From assembly GCA_051003155.1 (NCBI GenBank), contig JBPCLO010000026.1, forward strand, positions 96,001 through 160,000: a stretch of 64,000 nt of DNA, given 5' to 3'. Shown here piece after piece: positions 10,110 through 19,949 of this stretch (positions are counted from its first letter, which is position 1; every line of letters starts with the position of its first letter). A program made the position numbers and the translations under genes. The notes under the pieces are model-generated. The model saw only the letters and a program-made list of their open reading frames with translations, was not told the DNA's origin and ran no database searches. Source of the stretch: Fimbriimonadales bacterium. GTDB lineage: Bacteria > Armatimonadota > Fimbriimonadia > Fimbriimonadales > ATM1.

Positions 10110-10640
10110 GTAATCCTCAGGTGCCCCACGCCGCGTCACCGATCGCCGGCCGTCACGGGGAGAATTTCAACCTGGACTGTACCCGCGGCGTGACGGCGAG
10201 GAGCGCTACCCATGGGAGGGTGGCGGAAGATGCGCGAGCAGCGCGACGAAACCTCTCGCAACCTTGGCAGCCGATTCGAGAGGCGCTACCGAACGTTTCC
10301 CAAGGCTCATCTCCGAAACGCCACTGTTCGAATCCCAATATCCGGTGCTTCCGAGTCTGGAACGGCCTGCACTCACCCGGGCCGCAAGCGACTCCTTCCC
10401 CGTACTCCCAAGCCCACGGCGAAGAGTAAAACGCATACGCCGCGACAGCGCAGAGAACAGCGCAGACAAGAGCGGCCAAGACGCTTGCGCGCATCATAAC
10501 CATAAGTGCCTTCCCGCGGGCAAAACGTTCAATAATATTGTCCGGTTTGTTGACAACATCCTGGGCACCGACAAGAGCCGATGCTTAGATTTGCCACTTC
10601 CGAAGCCCCGTCCCCGTAGCCGACACCGACCAACCATGTC

Positions 10641-11405
10641 TCAGCCCAAGTGCATGTACACCGAAGCGCCGCCGTCGACCATGATGGTTGCCCCGTTGAC
10701 GTACGACGCCTCATCCGACGCCAAAAACACCACAGCCTTCGCCACATCGCCGGGTGTGCACAGCCGAGGCATCGCGTAATCTCGCAGCGCCGGCTCGATC
10801 TGCTCCGGCGTCCGGTAGAGCGGCTCCAGCGAGGGAGTGAGCACGAGGCCGGGGGCGACGGCGTTGCACCGGATGCCGCGCGGCCCGTACCGCGCTGCCA
10901 TGGATTTTGCCAGGTGAACCAAGCCGGCCTTGCACGCTCCGTACGCCGGCCGCACCCCGCGCCCGACGAAGCCCTCGATCGACGCCGTGTGCACGATCGC
11001 ACCGACGCCGCGCGCCAGCATATGCGGGATCGCGTGCTTGCAGCCCATGAACGCGCCCTTCAGGTTGACCGCCACCATCTGATCGAAAACCGCCATATCC
11101 AACGCCGCGATATCGTCGTCCAGCGCAATGACGTGGGAGTCGGCCGCGTTGTTGTGCAGGATGTCGATGCCGCCAAACGTCTCCACCGCTGTCTCGATCA
11201 TCCGAACAACTTGCGATTCATCCGAAACATCCACGACGGCCGCCACTGCCCCTTCGATCTCCCCAGCCACCCGCTCAGCAGCCTGCCCGTCGATGTCGGC
11301 AACAACGACCGACGCTCCCTCCCTGGCCATCAGCCGCGCCGTCGCCTCGCCGATTCCGCTGCCCGCACCGGTGACGACGGCGACTTTACTTGTTAGGCGT
11401 GTCAT
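10641..11405 (-). CDS. SDR family oxidoreductase
   Basis: TGAGSGIG, NNA, YGACK catalytic motif, NAVAPG, VDGG. Confidence 0.95.
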   Translation of the reverse strand: MTRLTSKVAVVTGAGSGIGEATARLMAREGASVVVADIDGQAAERVAGEIEGAVAAVVDVSDESQVVRMIETAVETFGGIDILHNNAADSHVIALDDDIAALDMAVFDQMVAVNLKGAFMGCKHAIPHMLARGVGAIVHTASIEGFVGRGVRPAYGACKAGLVHLAKSMAARYGPRGIRCNAVAPGLVLTPSLEPLYRTPEQIEPALRDYAMPRLCTPGDVAKAVVFLASDEASYVNGATIMVDGGASVYMHLG

Positions 11406-11490
11406 CGGTGGACGCTACCCGATGGGCCGAGGCCGCGATTGCATCCCTGCCTGCAAGCAACTGCAGTTCCAAACGCCATAATCAGAGCCT

Positions 11491-12774
11491 ATGTCCCTCC
11501 ACGCAGTCAATCCAGACGTACAAGCGCAACGCACGCACAACCTCGCCCAGACCGACCCCGAGGTTGCCGGAATTATCCGCAAAGAGGAGACGCGGCAGGA
11601 GACTAACCTCGAGCTGATCGCAAGCGAGAACATCGTGAGTAAGGCAGTCCGCGAGGCGGCCGGCAGCGTGATGACCGATAAGTACGCCGAGGGGTACCCG
11701 GGCAAGCGGTATTACGGCGGCTGCGAGTACATGGACGAGGTCGAGAGCCTCGCGATCGAGCGGGTGAAGGCACTATACGGCGCGCAGTGGGCGAATGTGC
11801 AGCCACACAGCGGCGCCCAGGCGAACATGGCCGTCTATTTCACGCTTCTCGAGCCAGGCGACAAGATGATGGCGATGAACCTGGCCCACGGAGGCCACCT
11901 CACGCACGGCAGCCCTGTCAACTTCACGGGCAAAATGTACCAGATCATCCCATACGGAGTTCACGAGGGCGACGAAACGATCGACTACGACGAGCTTGCC
12001 AAGCTCGCAGAGGAGCACAGGCCCAAGATCATCGTTTCCGGCGCCACCGCGTACTCGCGCCGGATCGACTTCGCCCGTTTCCGCCAGATCGCTGACTCGG
12101 TGGGCGCGATCCTCATGACCGACATGGCGCATCCCGCGGGCCTCATCGCCGCCGACGAGTATCCGAATCCGGTACCTCACGCCCATGTGGTTACATCGAC
12201 GACGCACAAGACCCTTCGCGGGCCGCGGGGCGGGATTATTCTCTCTACAGACGCGGAGCTCGGAGCTCGGATCGACAAAACGGTCTTTCCAGGCATCCAG
12301 GGCGGCCCGCTCATGCACGCGATCGCGGGCAAGGCCGTTTGCTTCCACGACGCCGCCCAGCCGTCGTTCAAGGCGTACGCCCGCCAAGTCCGTCTGAATG
12401 CAGACGCGCTCGCCACCGCCATGACGAGCGAGGGATTCCGAATCGTGAGCGGAGGAACCGAAAGCCACCTCATGCTCGTGGACCTGCGGCCCTACGGCAT
12501 CAACGGCAAGGTCGCTCAAAACGTGCTCGACACCGTGAGCATCACCACGAACAAAAACTCGATCCCCTTCGACCCCGAAAAGCCCTTCGTAACCAGCGGC
12601 CTCCGCCTCGGGACGCCGGCTGTCACCACGCGTGGCATGGAGGAGCCGGAAATGGCCACAATCGCGTCACTGATCGCCCGGGCTTTGAGGAGCTATGAGA
12701 ACGAGGGCGAGCTAACTAACGTGCGTTCCGAGGTCGTCGCACTCACCTCACAGTTTCCGGTGCATGAGATATAG
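11491..12774 (+). CDS. glyA: Serine hydroxymethyltransferase
   Basis: [39 protein letters not shown]. Confidence 0.99.
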   Translation: MSLHAVNPDVQAQRTHNLAQTDPEVAGIIRKEETRQETNLELIASENIVSKAVREAAGSVMTDKYAEGYPGKRYYGGCEYMDEVESLAIERVKALYGAQWANVQPHSGAQANMAVYFTLLEPGDKMMAMNLAHGGHLTHGSPVNFTGKMYQIIPYGVHEGDETIDYDELAKLAEEHRPKIIVSGATAYSRRIDFARFRQIADSVGAILMTDMAHPAGLIAADEYPNPVPHAHVVTSTTHKTLRGPRGGIILSTDAELGARIDKTVFPGIQGGPLMHAIAGKAVCFHDAAQPSFKAYARQVRLNADALATAMTSEGFRIVSGGTESHLMLVDLRPYGINGKVAQNVLDTVSITTNKNSIPFDPEKPFVTSGLRLGTPAVTTRGMEEPEMATIASLIARALRSYENEGELTNVRSEVVALTSQFPVHEI

Positions 12775-13017
12775 ACAGTAGACTTCCTGCTATCGACATG
12801 AGCCGCCTCGAATCCTACGGCCAGGACCCATCTTCGGAGCGCGGTCTTTTCGTGCTCGAACTGGCACGCGGGAGAGCTTGCAAGGCGGGCCTCGCGATTG
12901 CCATCGGAGAACCATCGTGGGCAACGACGATAGAAGGCGTATTCAAAAACCCGAGAGCCTTTTCGGAGGCGTGGCTCGACAAGAATGGCGGCCAGTAAAC
13001 TCCTGTAACGCTTCCGC

Positions 13018-13509
13018 CTAACCCTTTCCTCGCCGTTCCAGCCTATATCCCTTGCCGTTGTCATCCGGAATTGCCCACCAGTAGCGATGTTCCGCAAGGT
13101 CCTTGGCCTTCCCCTCCTTCCAGTCGAACTGCGAGTAATGCTCCGGGCTCTTCTGCAGCAGGCGACTGCGATGCGAGGAATGCACTTTCTCGTCTCCCCA
13201 CCAAATCGGCAACGAGCCCTCGCGTGTGAAACCCTTTATTTGCTCTCGCAGCGCCTCCGTGCGAAGCCCCCGCCGGTCGGACTCGTCGGCTATCGCGTCT
13301 GCATAACGTGCAAGCGCTCCCGGCCAGAATTTCCACTGCAATGTCGCCGGGTGATTCAGCCACGCGGTCCGCTTCCCTCCGTCTTTCTTCGGCACGTCGT
13401 AAAGGATGTTTAAGATCAGAGCGCACTCGAGCAGTTGCTTCCCAAGTCGCCTCGTATCGAGGCACGCCGCGCATTCCGCGTAATCGGTCGAAGGCACGAA
13501 GACCTGCAC
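13018..13509 (-). CDS. MSMEG_6728 family / pyrimidine-dimer glycosylase-like protein
   Basis: MQVFVP...LDTRRLGKQ..E, NHPA...W, PIWWGDEKVHSSHRSRLLQK..EHY; start moved to GTG 13509. Confidence 0.8.
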   Translation of the reverse strand: MQVFVPSTDYAECAACLDTRRLGKQLLECALILNILYDVPKKDGGKRTAWLNHPATLQWKFWPGALARYADAIADESDRRGLRTEALREQIKGFTREGSLPIWWGDEKVHSSHRSRLLQKSPEHYSQFDWKEGKAKDLAEHRYWWAIPDDNGKGYRLERRGKG

Positions 13510-13600
13510 GCCCGAATTGTAGCTACAAAAGGGCCCGGCAGGGATAGGCGAGCCATGGTTCGCCATCCAACCGAACGCATCGTGTATTCTGCGAAGTCTC

Positions 13601-14503
13601 TTGGCCACGTCGACGCGCGAAGTCTATGCAGTAGAAGTCATCAGAGCCATCGCCAGCCGACATGGCCTAGAGGGCGACCTCGAGCTCATGCCAGACAGCG
13701 GCATGGTGAACGAGGCTTGGCTGATGGGTGGCGATTACGTGCTGCGCATCATCCGAGAACAAGAGGCCGACGAGGAGGCCGAGCGCGAGAGTCTGGTCGT
13801 CCCCCTCGTTCGCGCGGCGGGAGTTCGCTCACCCGACCTGATCGCGGCGAATCTCGAGCGCGACATCATCCCCCGGCCGTATACGATCTACGAGCGCGCG
13901 AAGGGCGAGCTGCTCGGCCACCTGACAGACGATCCGGCATTGTTCGGCGTCCTCTATCGGGAGCTCGGACGCGAGATCGCCCTAATCAACAGCATTTCGC
14001 TTCCCGAGGGCGAAACGTCCCTTCGCGACGGCTCACTCTTCGACGCACCCGAGCAGGTCGCGAAGGCTCTCGCAGCCCAGAAAATCTCCGAAGTTGAAGC
14101 AAAGGAGATCCGCCAGCGGCTCGATGACCTTGAAGCCGACTTCGGCGAGAAGCCAGAGCCGGCACTCCTGCACCGCGACCTCCACCCCTGGAATATGTTC
14201 GCCGACCCGGACACGCGCGAGCTGACGGCAATCATCGATTGGGGCGACGCAGCATGGGGTGACCCAGCGATAGAGTTCGCGTCGATGCCGCTCGTTGCAT
14301 TGCCCAACATGTTCGAAGGATACAAGGAGGCAGGCGGAGGAGTCGATCGCCATCTGATCGCGAGGTCAGTCCACCGGGGCATCGGCCTCGCACTTTGGGA
14401 ACTGCGCGACCTGGATCCACGCCGCTTCGCCCGACAATGGTGGCGCATGTCACCGGGCGGATGGGATGAAGTTTGGCGGACCGTCGACAGATTGATGGCC
14501 TAA
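13601..14503 (+). CDS. Aminoglycoside phosphotransferase-like kinase (APH family)
   Basis: LLHRDLHPWN and IIDWGDAAWGDP kinase motifs. Confidence 0.88.
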   Translation: MATSTREVYAVEVIRAIASRHGLEGDLELMPDSGMVNEAWLMGGDYVLRIIREQEADEEAERESLVVPLVRAAGVRSPDLIAANLERDIIPRPYTIYERAKGELLGHLTDDPALFGVLYRELGREIALINSISLPEGETSLRDGSLFDAPEQVAKALAAQKISEVEAKEIRQRLDDLEADFGEKPEPALLHRDLHPWNMFADPDTRELTAIIDWGDAAWGDPAIEFASMPLVALPNMFEGYKEAGGGVDRHLIARSVHRGIGLALWELRDLDPRRFARQWWRMSPGGWDEVWRTVDRLMA

Positions 14504-14535
14504 CTTCGGGCCAGCGGTTGGTAAACTGGGACTAA

Positions 14536-15885
14536 GTGAGAACGCGTCACGTAGCGCTCGTGGCAATGTCCGGCGTTCGAGTCGTCGACCCAAAGCTTCG
14601 CGAGATCGGCCTGACATTACCCGGCTTCGTCGAGCGCGGGAAAGTTATAGCCTCCCTGCCAAGCCTTGGCCTTCTGACCCTAGCGGCGTTGTGCCCGACG
14701 GATTGGGAGCCCTCGTACGTCGAGATCGACGAACTCGGACCGGACGCCGCCAACGAGATCACCGGCATGAAGCCTGACTTGGTCGCCATCTCGTCTCTCA
14801 GCGCTCGGGTCGACGACGCGTACGCTTTAGCAGAAGCGATTCAACGTGCGGGCATTCCGGTGGTTATCGGCGGGCTGCACGCCACCGTCTTGCCCGACGA
14901 AGCGCTCAGGCATGCCACGGCCGTCGTTGCCGGTGACGGTGAACTGGCTTGGCAGCGGGTGTTGGCCGATGCGGCGGTCGGCAAACTGGCGGGTATCTAC
15001 AAGAACCAGGGATATTGCTTCGCAGACGGCGACCCGGTACCGCGCTATGACCTGCTCGATGTCGAGAAGTACAACCGGCTGACCCTTCAGGCTTCTCGAG
15101 GCTGTCCGCTGGACTGCTCGTTTTGCGCAGCATCGAGGCTCCTTGGCCCGCCCCGCCGAAAGCCGATCTCGCAAATCAGGCGCGAGCTAGAAGCGATCCT
15201 TCGCATCTGGCCGCGGCCATTCATCGAACTGGCCGACGACAACACTTTCCTTGCAAACCGGTGGTCGGCGGAGTTGCTCGATTTATTCTCCGAATACCGG
15301 ATCAAGTGGTTTACAGAAACCGACATCTCGATAGCAGACAAACCTAATCTTCTTGATAAGCTTGCCGATTCCGGCTGTGTTCAAGTGCTTATAGGACTGG
15401 AGTCCGCAGTTCCTGAATCGCTCGCGACGGTGGATCCGCGCGGTTGGAAGCGCCGCAGAATGGAGCGGTACGCGGAGAGCGTGGCTCGCATCCAAACCGC
15501 CGGCGTGTCGGTCAACGGGTGCTTCGTTCTGGGATTCGATCAGGACGGCCCCGAAGTGTTCGAAGAGACGCTCGCGATGATCGGCCAATTGGATCTTGCC
15601 GAAGTGCAACTGACGATCCTCACACCGTTTCCCGGGACGTCCACCTACGCACAGCTGCGGCAACAAAAGCGACTCTTCTTCGATCGCTTCTGGGACAAGT
15701 GCACACTATTCGATCTCACATTCCGTCCGAAGCGTATGAGCGCAGAGGAGTTTCATGCTGGCTTTCTCTGGCTAGTGCGACAGGTCTATTCACAGCAAGC
15801 GACCGCGGCCCGAAAGAAACGATTTCGTAGCTGTGTCCGTGAACGTTTCAGGAAGGAGAAGGCAAAGGCGTGCGCCAAGTCCTAA
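14536..15885 (+). CDS. B12-binding domain radical SAM protein
   Basis: GGLHAT cobalamin domain, SRGCPLDCSFC, DDNTF, GLES, TPFPGT. Confidence 0.93.
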   Translation: MRTRHVALVAMSGVRVVDPKLREIGLTLPGFVERGKVIASLPSLGLLTLAALCPTDWEPSYVEIDELGPDAANEITGMKPDLVAISSLSARVDDAYALAEAIQRAGIPVVIGGLHATVLPDEALRHATAVVAGDGELAWQRVLADAAVGKLAGIYKNQGYCFADGDPVPRYDLLDVEKYNRLTLQASRGCPLDCSFCAASRLLGPPRRKPISQIRRELEAILRIWPRPFIELADDNTFLANRWSAELLDLFSEYRIKWFTETDISIADKPNLLDKLADSGCVQVLIGLESAVPESLATVDPRGWKRRRMERYAESVARIQTAGVSVNGCFVLGFDQDGPEVFEETLAMIGQLDLAEVQLTILTPFPGTSTYAQLRQQKRLFFDRFWDKCTLFDLTFRPKRMSAEEFHAGFLWLVRQVYSQQATAARKKRFRSCVRERFRKEKAKACAKS

Positions 15886-16571
15886 GCGACCTCGGGGACG
15901 TTCTGCTCCTGCGCATATCCGGCGACCGCATTCGGGGACTGGGCTGGAAGCACTTTGCACTGGGTCTAGTCTTGACCTGGATCGTCGGCATCGGCCGATG
16001 GTACGACGATCCCGATGCGGTGCTGGCCCAACAACTGGGCGCCGGCTCGGTAGGCTATATTTTCGTGATTAGTCTGCTGATTTGCTGGTTGGGGGGCCCA
16101 TTCGCCACCGCGCGAGAAATTCCATGGACTTACCCGCGGGTTCTCACGTACGTCTCCTTGACTGCACTGCCAGGAATCGTTTACGCCTTTCCGATCGAGT
16201 GGGTTGCATCGGCGTCGGTTTCACGATACTACAACCTGTCAGCCCTCGCTCTCGTATCGGCCTGGAGGGTTGCGATGCTCGTGCGCCTTTACCGCGACGG
16301 CGCGGGCATGAAGCCGACGCAAACGGCCGCTACGACGCTATTCCTGATAAGCGGGATAGTCCTGGTTTTGTCGTTTGCAAGAGTCTTGAACGCCGTCGCA
16401 TCCGCTATGGGAGGATTTCGTGAAGAGGGAGAAAGGCTGGCTGCCGACCTCGCGGTGGGCGCCTGTATGATCTCGATCGGCGTGCTCGTCGTTTCGGGGA
16501 TATCGTACTGGTACTTATGTGCCACGCGATATCGAGGCTGGCCCTGGACAGGCCGATCACGTCGTCTCTGA
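15870..16571 (+). CDS. Hypothetical membrane protein
   Basis: About 6 hydrophobic segments; GIGRWYDDP motif; overlaps the upstream stop. Confidence 0.75.
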   Translation: MRQVLSDLGDVLLLRISGDRIRGLGWKHFALGLVLTWIVGIGRWYDDPDAVLAQQLGAGSVGYIFVISLLICWLGGPFATAREIPWTYPRVLTYVSLTALPGIVYAFPIEWVASASVSRYYNLSALALVSAWRVAMLVRLYRDGAGMKPTQTAATTLFLISGIVLVLSFARVLNAVASAMGGFREEGERLAADLAVGACMISIGVLVVSGISYWYLCATRYRGWPWTGRSRRL

Positions 16572-16575
16572 TGAT

Positions 16576-17178
16576 TCAGTCTTTAATTGAAGTCGCCTGA
16601 ACCGCGCCCTTAGGCGGGTTCCAGTCCCACGAGGCCTCGCTTGGCCTGCGGTCGAAGTGGAGCTCAATGAATTCGGTTACGTACGTGGCTTGGCTACCTC
16701 CCATCCGAATAGCGATGGGTGGGCTCTTGTCTGACGAGACGATAAGATCGTATGGATCAGCCTCCCTCCGTATCAGCGTAAAGACTCTAACCTTCCGACG
16801 TTCGTACTCGCCATCCTTCGCGACGATGGCGATGGGTAAGGTGCAGGCCGGTGACGAGAATCGTTTCCCGAACGCGGCCGCAGACTGCCACGCGGACGGT
16901 TTCTCTACAAGGTACTTATTCTCGTCTGGCGAGTACATGTACGTGACTTTGCCGTCGCAATGCATCTCTCGGTTAGCGCCGAAATATGCGGAACGACCCC
17001 CGACGCCGATTCGAAATGTCCATACACTGCCTTGCGACACCGGGCCGCCCCTCGAAATCATCGCACCCGTAATGGCTCGGAACTTGTCGAAGTTCGCCAA
17101 GTAGGCCAAATACTCGTCGGTGGCATCTTGCGATACGGGCGTACCAAGGCTCAGCAGCAGGCTGATTGCAGTGATCAT
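16576..17178 (-). CDS. Secreted LolA-like hypothetical protein
   Basis: Signal peptide, DGKVTYMYSP..NKY and C-terminal PPKGA resemble LolA-fold proteins. Confidence 0.55.
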   Translation of the reverse strand: MITAISLLLSLGTPVSQDATDEYLAYLANFDKFRAITGAMISRGGPVSQGSVWTFRIGVGGRSAYFGANREMHCDGKVTYMYSPDENKYLVEKPSAWQSAAAFGKRFSSPACTLPIAIVAKDGEYERRKVRVFTLIRREADPYDLIVSSDKSPPIAIRMGGSQATYVTEFIELHFDRRPSEASWDWNPPKGAVQATSIKD

Positions 17179-17280
17179 CTTTTGTCCTCCCTTTGTTCGA
17201 CGCTCAAGAAACGAACAAGATTCCTACAAAAAAGGAGCCGGATCACCAATGTGAGCCGGCTCCTTTCAAGTGCACAGACC

Positions 17281-17514
17281 TTAGTTTTTGACGATCTGCT
17301 CTTCTTCTTCCTTGGCGCCGCCATTGGTGCCGGTCGCCTTGCGGAACAGGATTTGGCAGTTCTTGTCCAATTCGACAAGGACCGTGTCGCCGGCTTCGAA
17401 CCGTCCGAACAGAATCTCTTCGCTGAGCGGGTCCTCGATGAACTTCTGGACTGCCTGCGCAGCGGCCGGGCGCCCATGTCGGGGGCGTAGCCTTCGCGAG
17501 CGAGCATTTCCTTC
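17281..17514 (-). pseudogene. Diverged copy of the clpC 3' end (terminator copy at about 17236-17268)
   Basis: Aligns with 19950-20184; mostly synonymous differences and one 1-nt deletion near 17453. Confidence 0.92.
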
Positions 17515-17582
17515 CCAAGTCGCCTCGTATCGAGGAACGCCGCGCATTCCGCGTAATCGGTCGAAGGCACGAAGACCTGCAC
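17511..17582 (-). pseudogene. Copy of the MSMEG_6728-family gene 5' end, fused to the clpC fragment
   Basis: Aligns with 13438-13509; junction shares CTTC. Confidence 0.9.
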
Positions 17583-17674
17583 GTCGCGAATTGTAGTTTA
17601 AAAAGGGCCCGGCAGGGAGAGGCGATCCATGGTTCGCCATCCAACCGAACGCATTGTGTATTCTGCGAAGTCTC

Positions 17675-18089
17675 TGGGCCACGTCGACGCGCGAAATCTA
17701 TGCAGTAGAAGTCATCAGGGCTATCACCAGCCGACATGGCCTAGAGGGCGACCTCGAGCTCATGTCAGACAGCGGCATGGTGAACGAGGCTTGGCTGATG
17801 GGTGGCGAGTACGTGCTGCGCATCATCCGAGCGACGCGGCTTGGGTGACCCAGCGATAGAGTTCGCATCGATGCCGCTCGTCGCATTGCCCAACATGGTC
17901 GAAAGATACAAGGAGGCAGGCGGAGGAGTCGATCGCCATCTGATCGCGAGGTCGCTCCATCTCGGCATCGGCCTCGCATTATGGGAGCTACGCGAACTCG
18001 AACCCCGCCGCTTCGCTCGCCAGTGGTGGCGGATGTCGCCGGGAGGATGGGATGACGTCTGGCGAGCCGTCGATACGTTCATGGCTTAG
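17675..18089 (+). pseudogene. Internally deleted second copy of the APH-family gene
   Basis: Aligns with 13601-13757 and then 14264-14503; about 507 nt missing; TTG start changed to TGG. Confidence 0.92.
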
Positions 18090-19661
18090 CTAGGAAAGAG
18101 GAACCCGCCCGGCCAATCCTCTAAGAGTCTTCAGAGCGCGCTCGCCGACACGTGCGAGCAATTCGTCCGCGCCTTGGAGCGCCTTCTCGATATGCGGGAT
18201 CGCCCTCGCATCGCCACTTTTTTCGAGGGCCGCAACTGCCTGCCAGTGTATCTTCCGATCCTCGCTTCGCCCGAGAACCCAAACCGCCACGTCGAATGCC
18301 CGCGCCTTATCGAATTTCGGCGAATTAGCAAGCAGGTTGCCGCGGACCTGCTGATCGTCGGTAACGTCTGCGATGACAGAGAAAACCGCATCGACAAACT
18401 GCGCATCAGGCTTTTCTACGGCGTGCGCGATGTCGCTACGGTCGTGCGGCCGGGCACTCTTATCCGAGAGCAGCGCTCTAATAACATCAGAGCGCTCGGT
18501 GTAGCCAAGGCGGGCGAAGCTTTTCGCGATTGCGGCCTGCTCGTCTTCGTTCATCGTCGGAAGCGTAGCCGCCGCTTCCAAATAGCCGATGGCATTGGGA
18601 TCGTCGGTCCAGCCGAGCGCTTCCAGCACCTTCACACGCTCCCAAGAGTTTTCGGTTTGCCAGTTCGTCAGCAGTTCGACCGCCCGCGGATCGCGGAGTG
18701 CGGCAAGCGCCAGGGCCGCTTCCCATCGCAACTCCCTGTCAGTCGAAGTCATCAATGCGTAAACGCGTTCTCTTAGCGCGTCCGAATTCCAGACGCGCAG
18801 CACGCGCCGCATCCTTTCGGCGTTTTCCGGCTCCCGTTCAATGATGAGTGCTGCTGTTGAACGCCCGGTCGGGCCGGCCACTCGGATGACGATCTCGAGA
18901 GCGCCCTGCGCGACGCGCGGCTCGTCGCGCAGGGCGTGCATCACGGCAGCGAACTGCTCGTCTTCAAGCGAATAAAGATTAAACGCGCCAAACCAAACGA
19001 CAGCGCCCAATAACGCGGCACGCACGCCAGCCTCTTCATCTTCGATGGACATCTTGAGCAGGCGATTGGCCAATGGCGTGTCGATGCGCATCCCTTGGAG
19101 GTATTGGATCGCTCGCCTGCGGTTAGCCGCGCTGGTATCATCGAGGAAGCTCGCAAAGCCTTCCACTTTGGTAGCCTCGTGGGCATACTCTAGGCCCGAC
19201 AAGGCGAGGTATCGAATCTGCGGGTTCTCAGAGGTTCTCAGCTTCCATAGCAGCGGACGGGCTTCGTTCGGCTGAGGGCCGTGCGTATCCGTCGCCAACC
19301 TAAAGAGCAAGCTGGCGTACGATCGCCTGCGCTCCGGCGGGCCGCTTAGCGCCTTCTGGAGAATGGCGCGATATGCGGGCATGCCGATGCTACGCAGCGC
19401 GCCTTCCGCAACTTCTTCGGTGCCGGGGGCGAACGCCGCGGCCAAGATCATCTTCAGGTGCTTGATATCGCCGGTTTGGCCGAGCGCCCAAATGGCGCTA
19501 CTCTTGACCGTAAGGTCGGCAGAGCGGGCTTCGGATACGAGCCGCCCGATGTCCTCTTTCAGGAGCAGTTCGGCGGCGTGCATGCGCGCCGCGTCCTGCG
19601 CAGGTATCTGACTGCCCTGCGCATATGCGAAGACAATCCATGTGAGGAGCGGCAAGACCAT
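18090..19661 (-). CDS. HEAT/PBS-lyase repeat protein, probably secreted
   Basis: Repeated AIWALG, AALALAALRDPRAV, AVAALEKSGDARAIP units; hydrophobic N-terminus from ATG 19661. Confidence 0.82.
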   Translation of the reverse strand: MVLPLLTWIVFAYAQGSQIPAQDAARMHAAELLLKEDIGRLVSEARSADLTVKSSAIWALGQTGDIKHLKMILAAAFAPGTEEVAEGALRSIGMPAYRAILQKALSGPPERRRSYASLLFRLATDTHGPQPNEARPLLWKLRTSENPQIRYLALSGLEYAHEATKVEGFASFLDDTSAANRRRAIQYLQGMRIDTPLANRLLKMSIEDEEAGVRAALLGAVVWFGAFNLYSLEDEQFAAVMHALRDEPRVAQGALEIVIRVAGPTGRSTAALIIEREPENAERMRRVLRVWNSDALRERVYALMTSTDRELRWEAALALAALRDPRAVELLTNWQTENSWERVKVLEALGWTDDPNAIGYLEAAATLPTMNEDEQAAIAKSFARLGYTERSDVIRALLSDKSARPHDRSDIAHAVEKPDAQFVDAVFSVIADVTDDQQVRGNLLANSPKFDKARAFDVAVWVLGRSEDRKIHWQAVAALEKSGDARAIPHIEKALQGADELLARVGERALKTLRGLAGRVPLS

Positions 19662-19901
19662 TTCGGACACTATTCTACTCCGCTCTCTAACGTCCCATGG
19701 GCGCCGGTGCCCGGGTTCAGGACCGACCATCTCCTCTGCGAGCGTCTATCAGTTCCAGTCTAATAAAATTCTCGTCGTACGGAAACGGAATAGCCAAGCC
19801 CCTCCCTCGGAATGACTTGTGTTTGAAGGAGGGGGTTGGGCGTCGCAGCCAATACGCTAAGTTCCTGTCCAGCGCCCGAAGACTTGGTAGGACTCAAACA
19901 A

Positions 19902-19932
19902 ATGAGCCGGTTCGCCAAAGTGAGCCGGCTCA
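19902..19932 (-). terminator. Hairpin downstream of clpC
   Basis: TGAGCCGGTTCGC...GTGAGCCGGCTCA inverted repeat with TTTGTTT tail on - strand. Confidence 0.65.
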
Positions 19933-19949
19933 TTTCAAGTGCACAGACC

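Noticed and set aside
10153..10503. 116-aa ORF with hydrophobic N-terminus
   Set aside because: No recognisable family and it lies in an eroded pocket; it cannot be supported as a gene
12798..12998. 66-aa ORF after glyA
   Set aside because: No RBS or family signal; insufficient evidence
17236..18089. Diversity-generating retroelement TR/VR pairs
   Set aside because: Differences between the copies are not adenine-specific, are largely synonymous, and no reverse transcriptase is present
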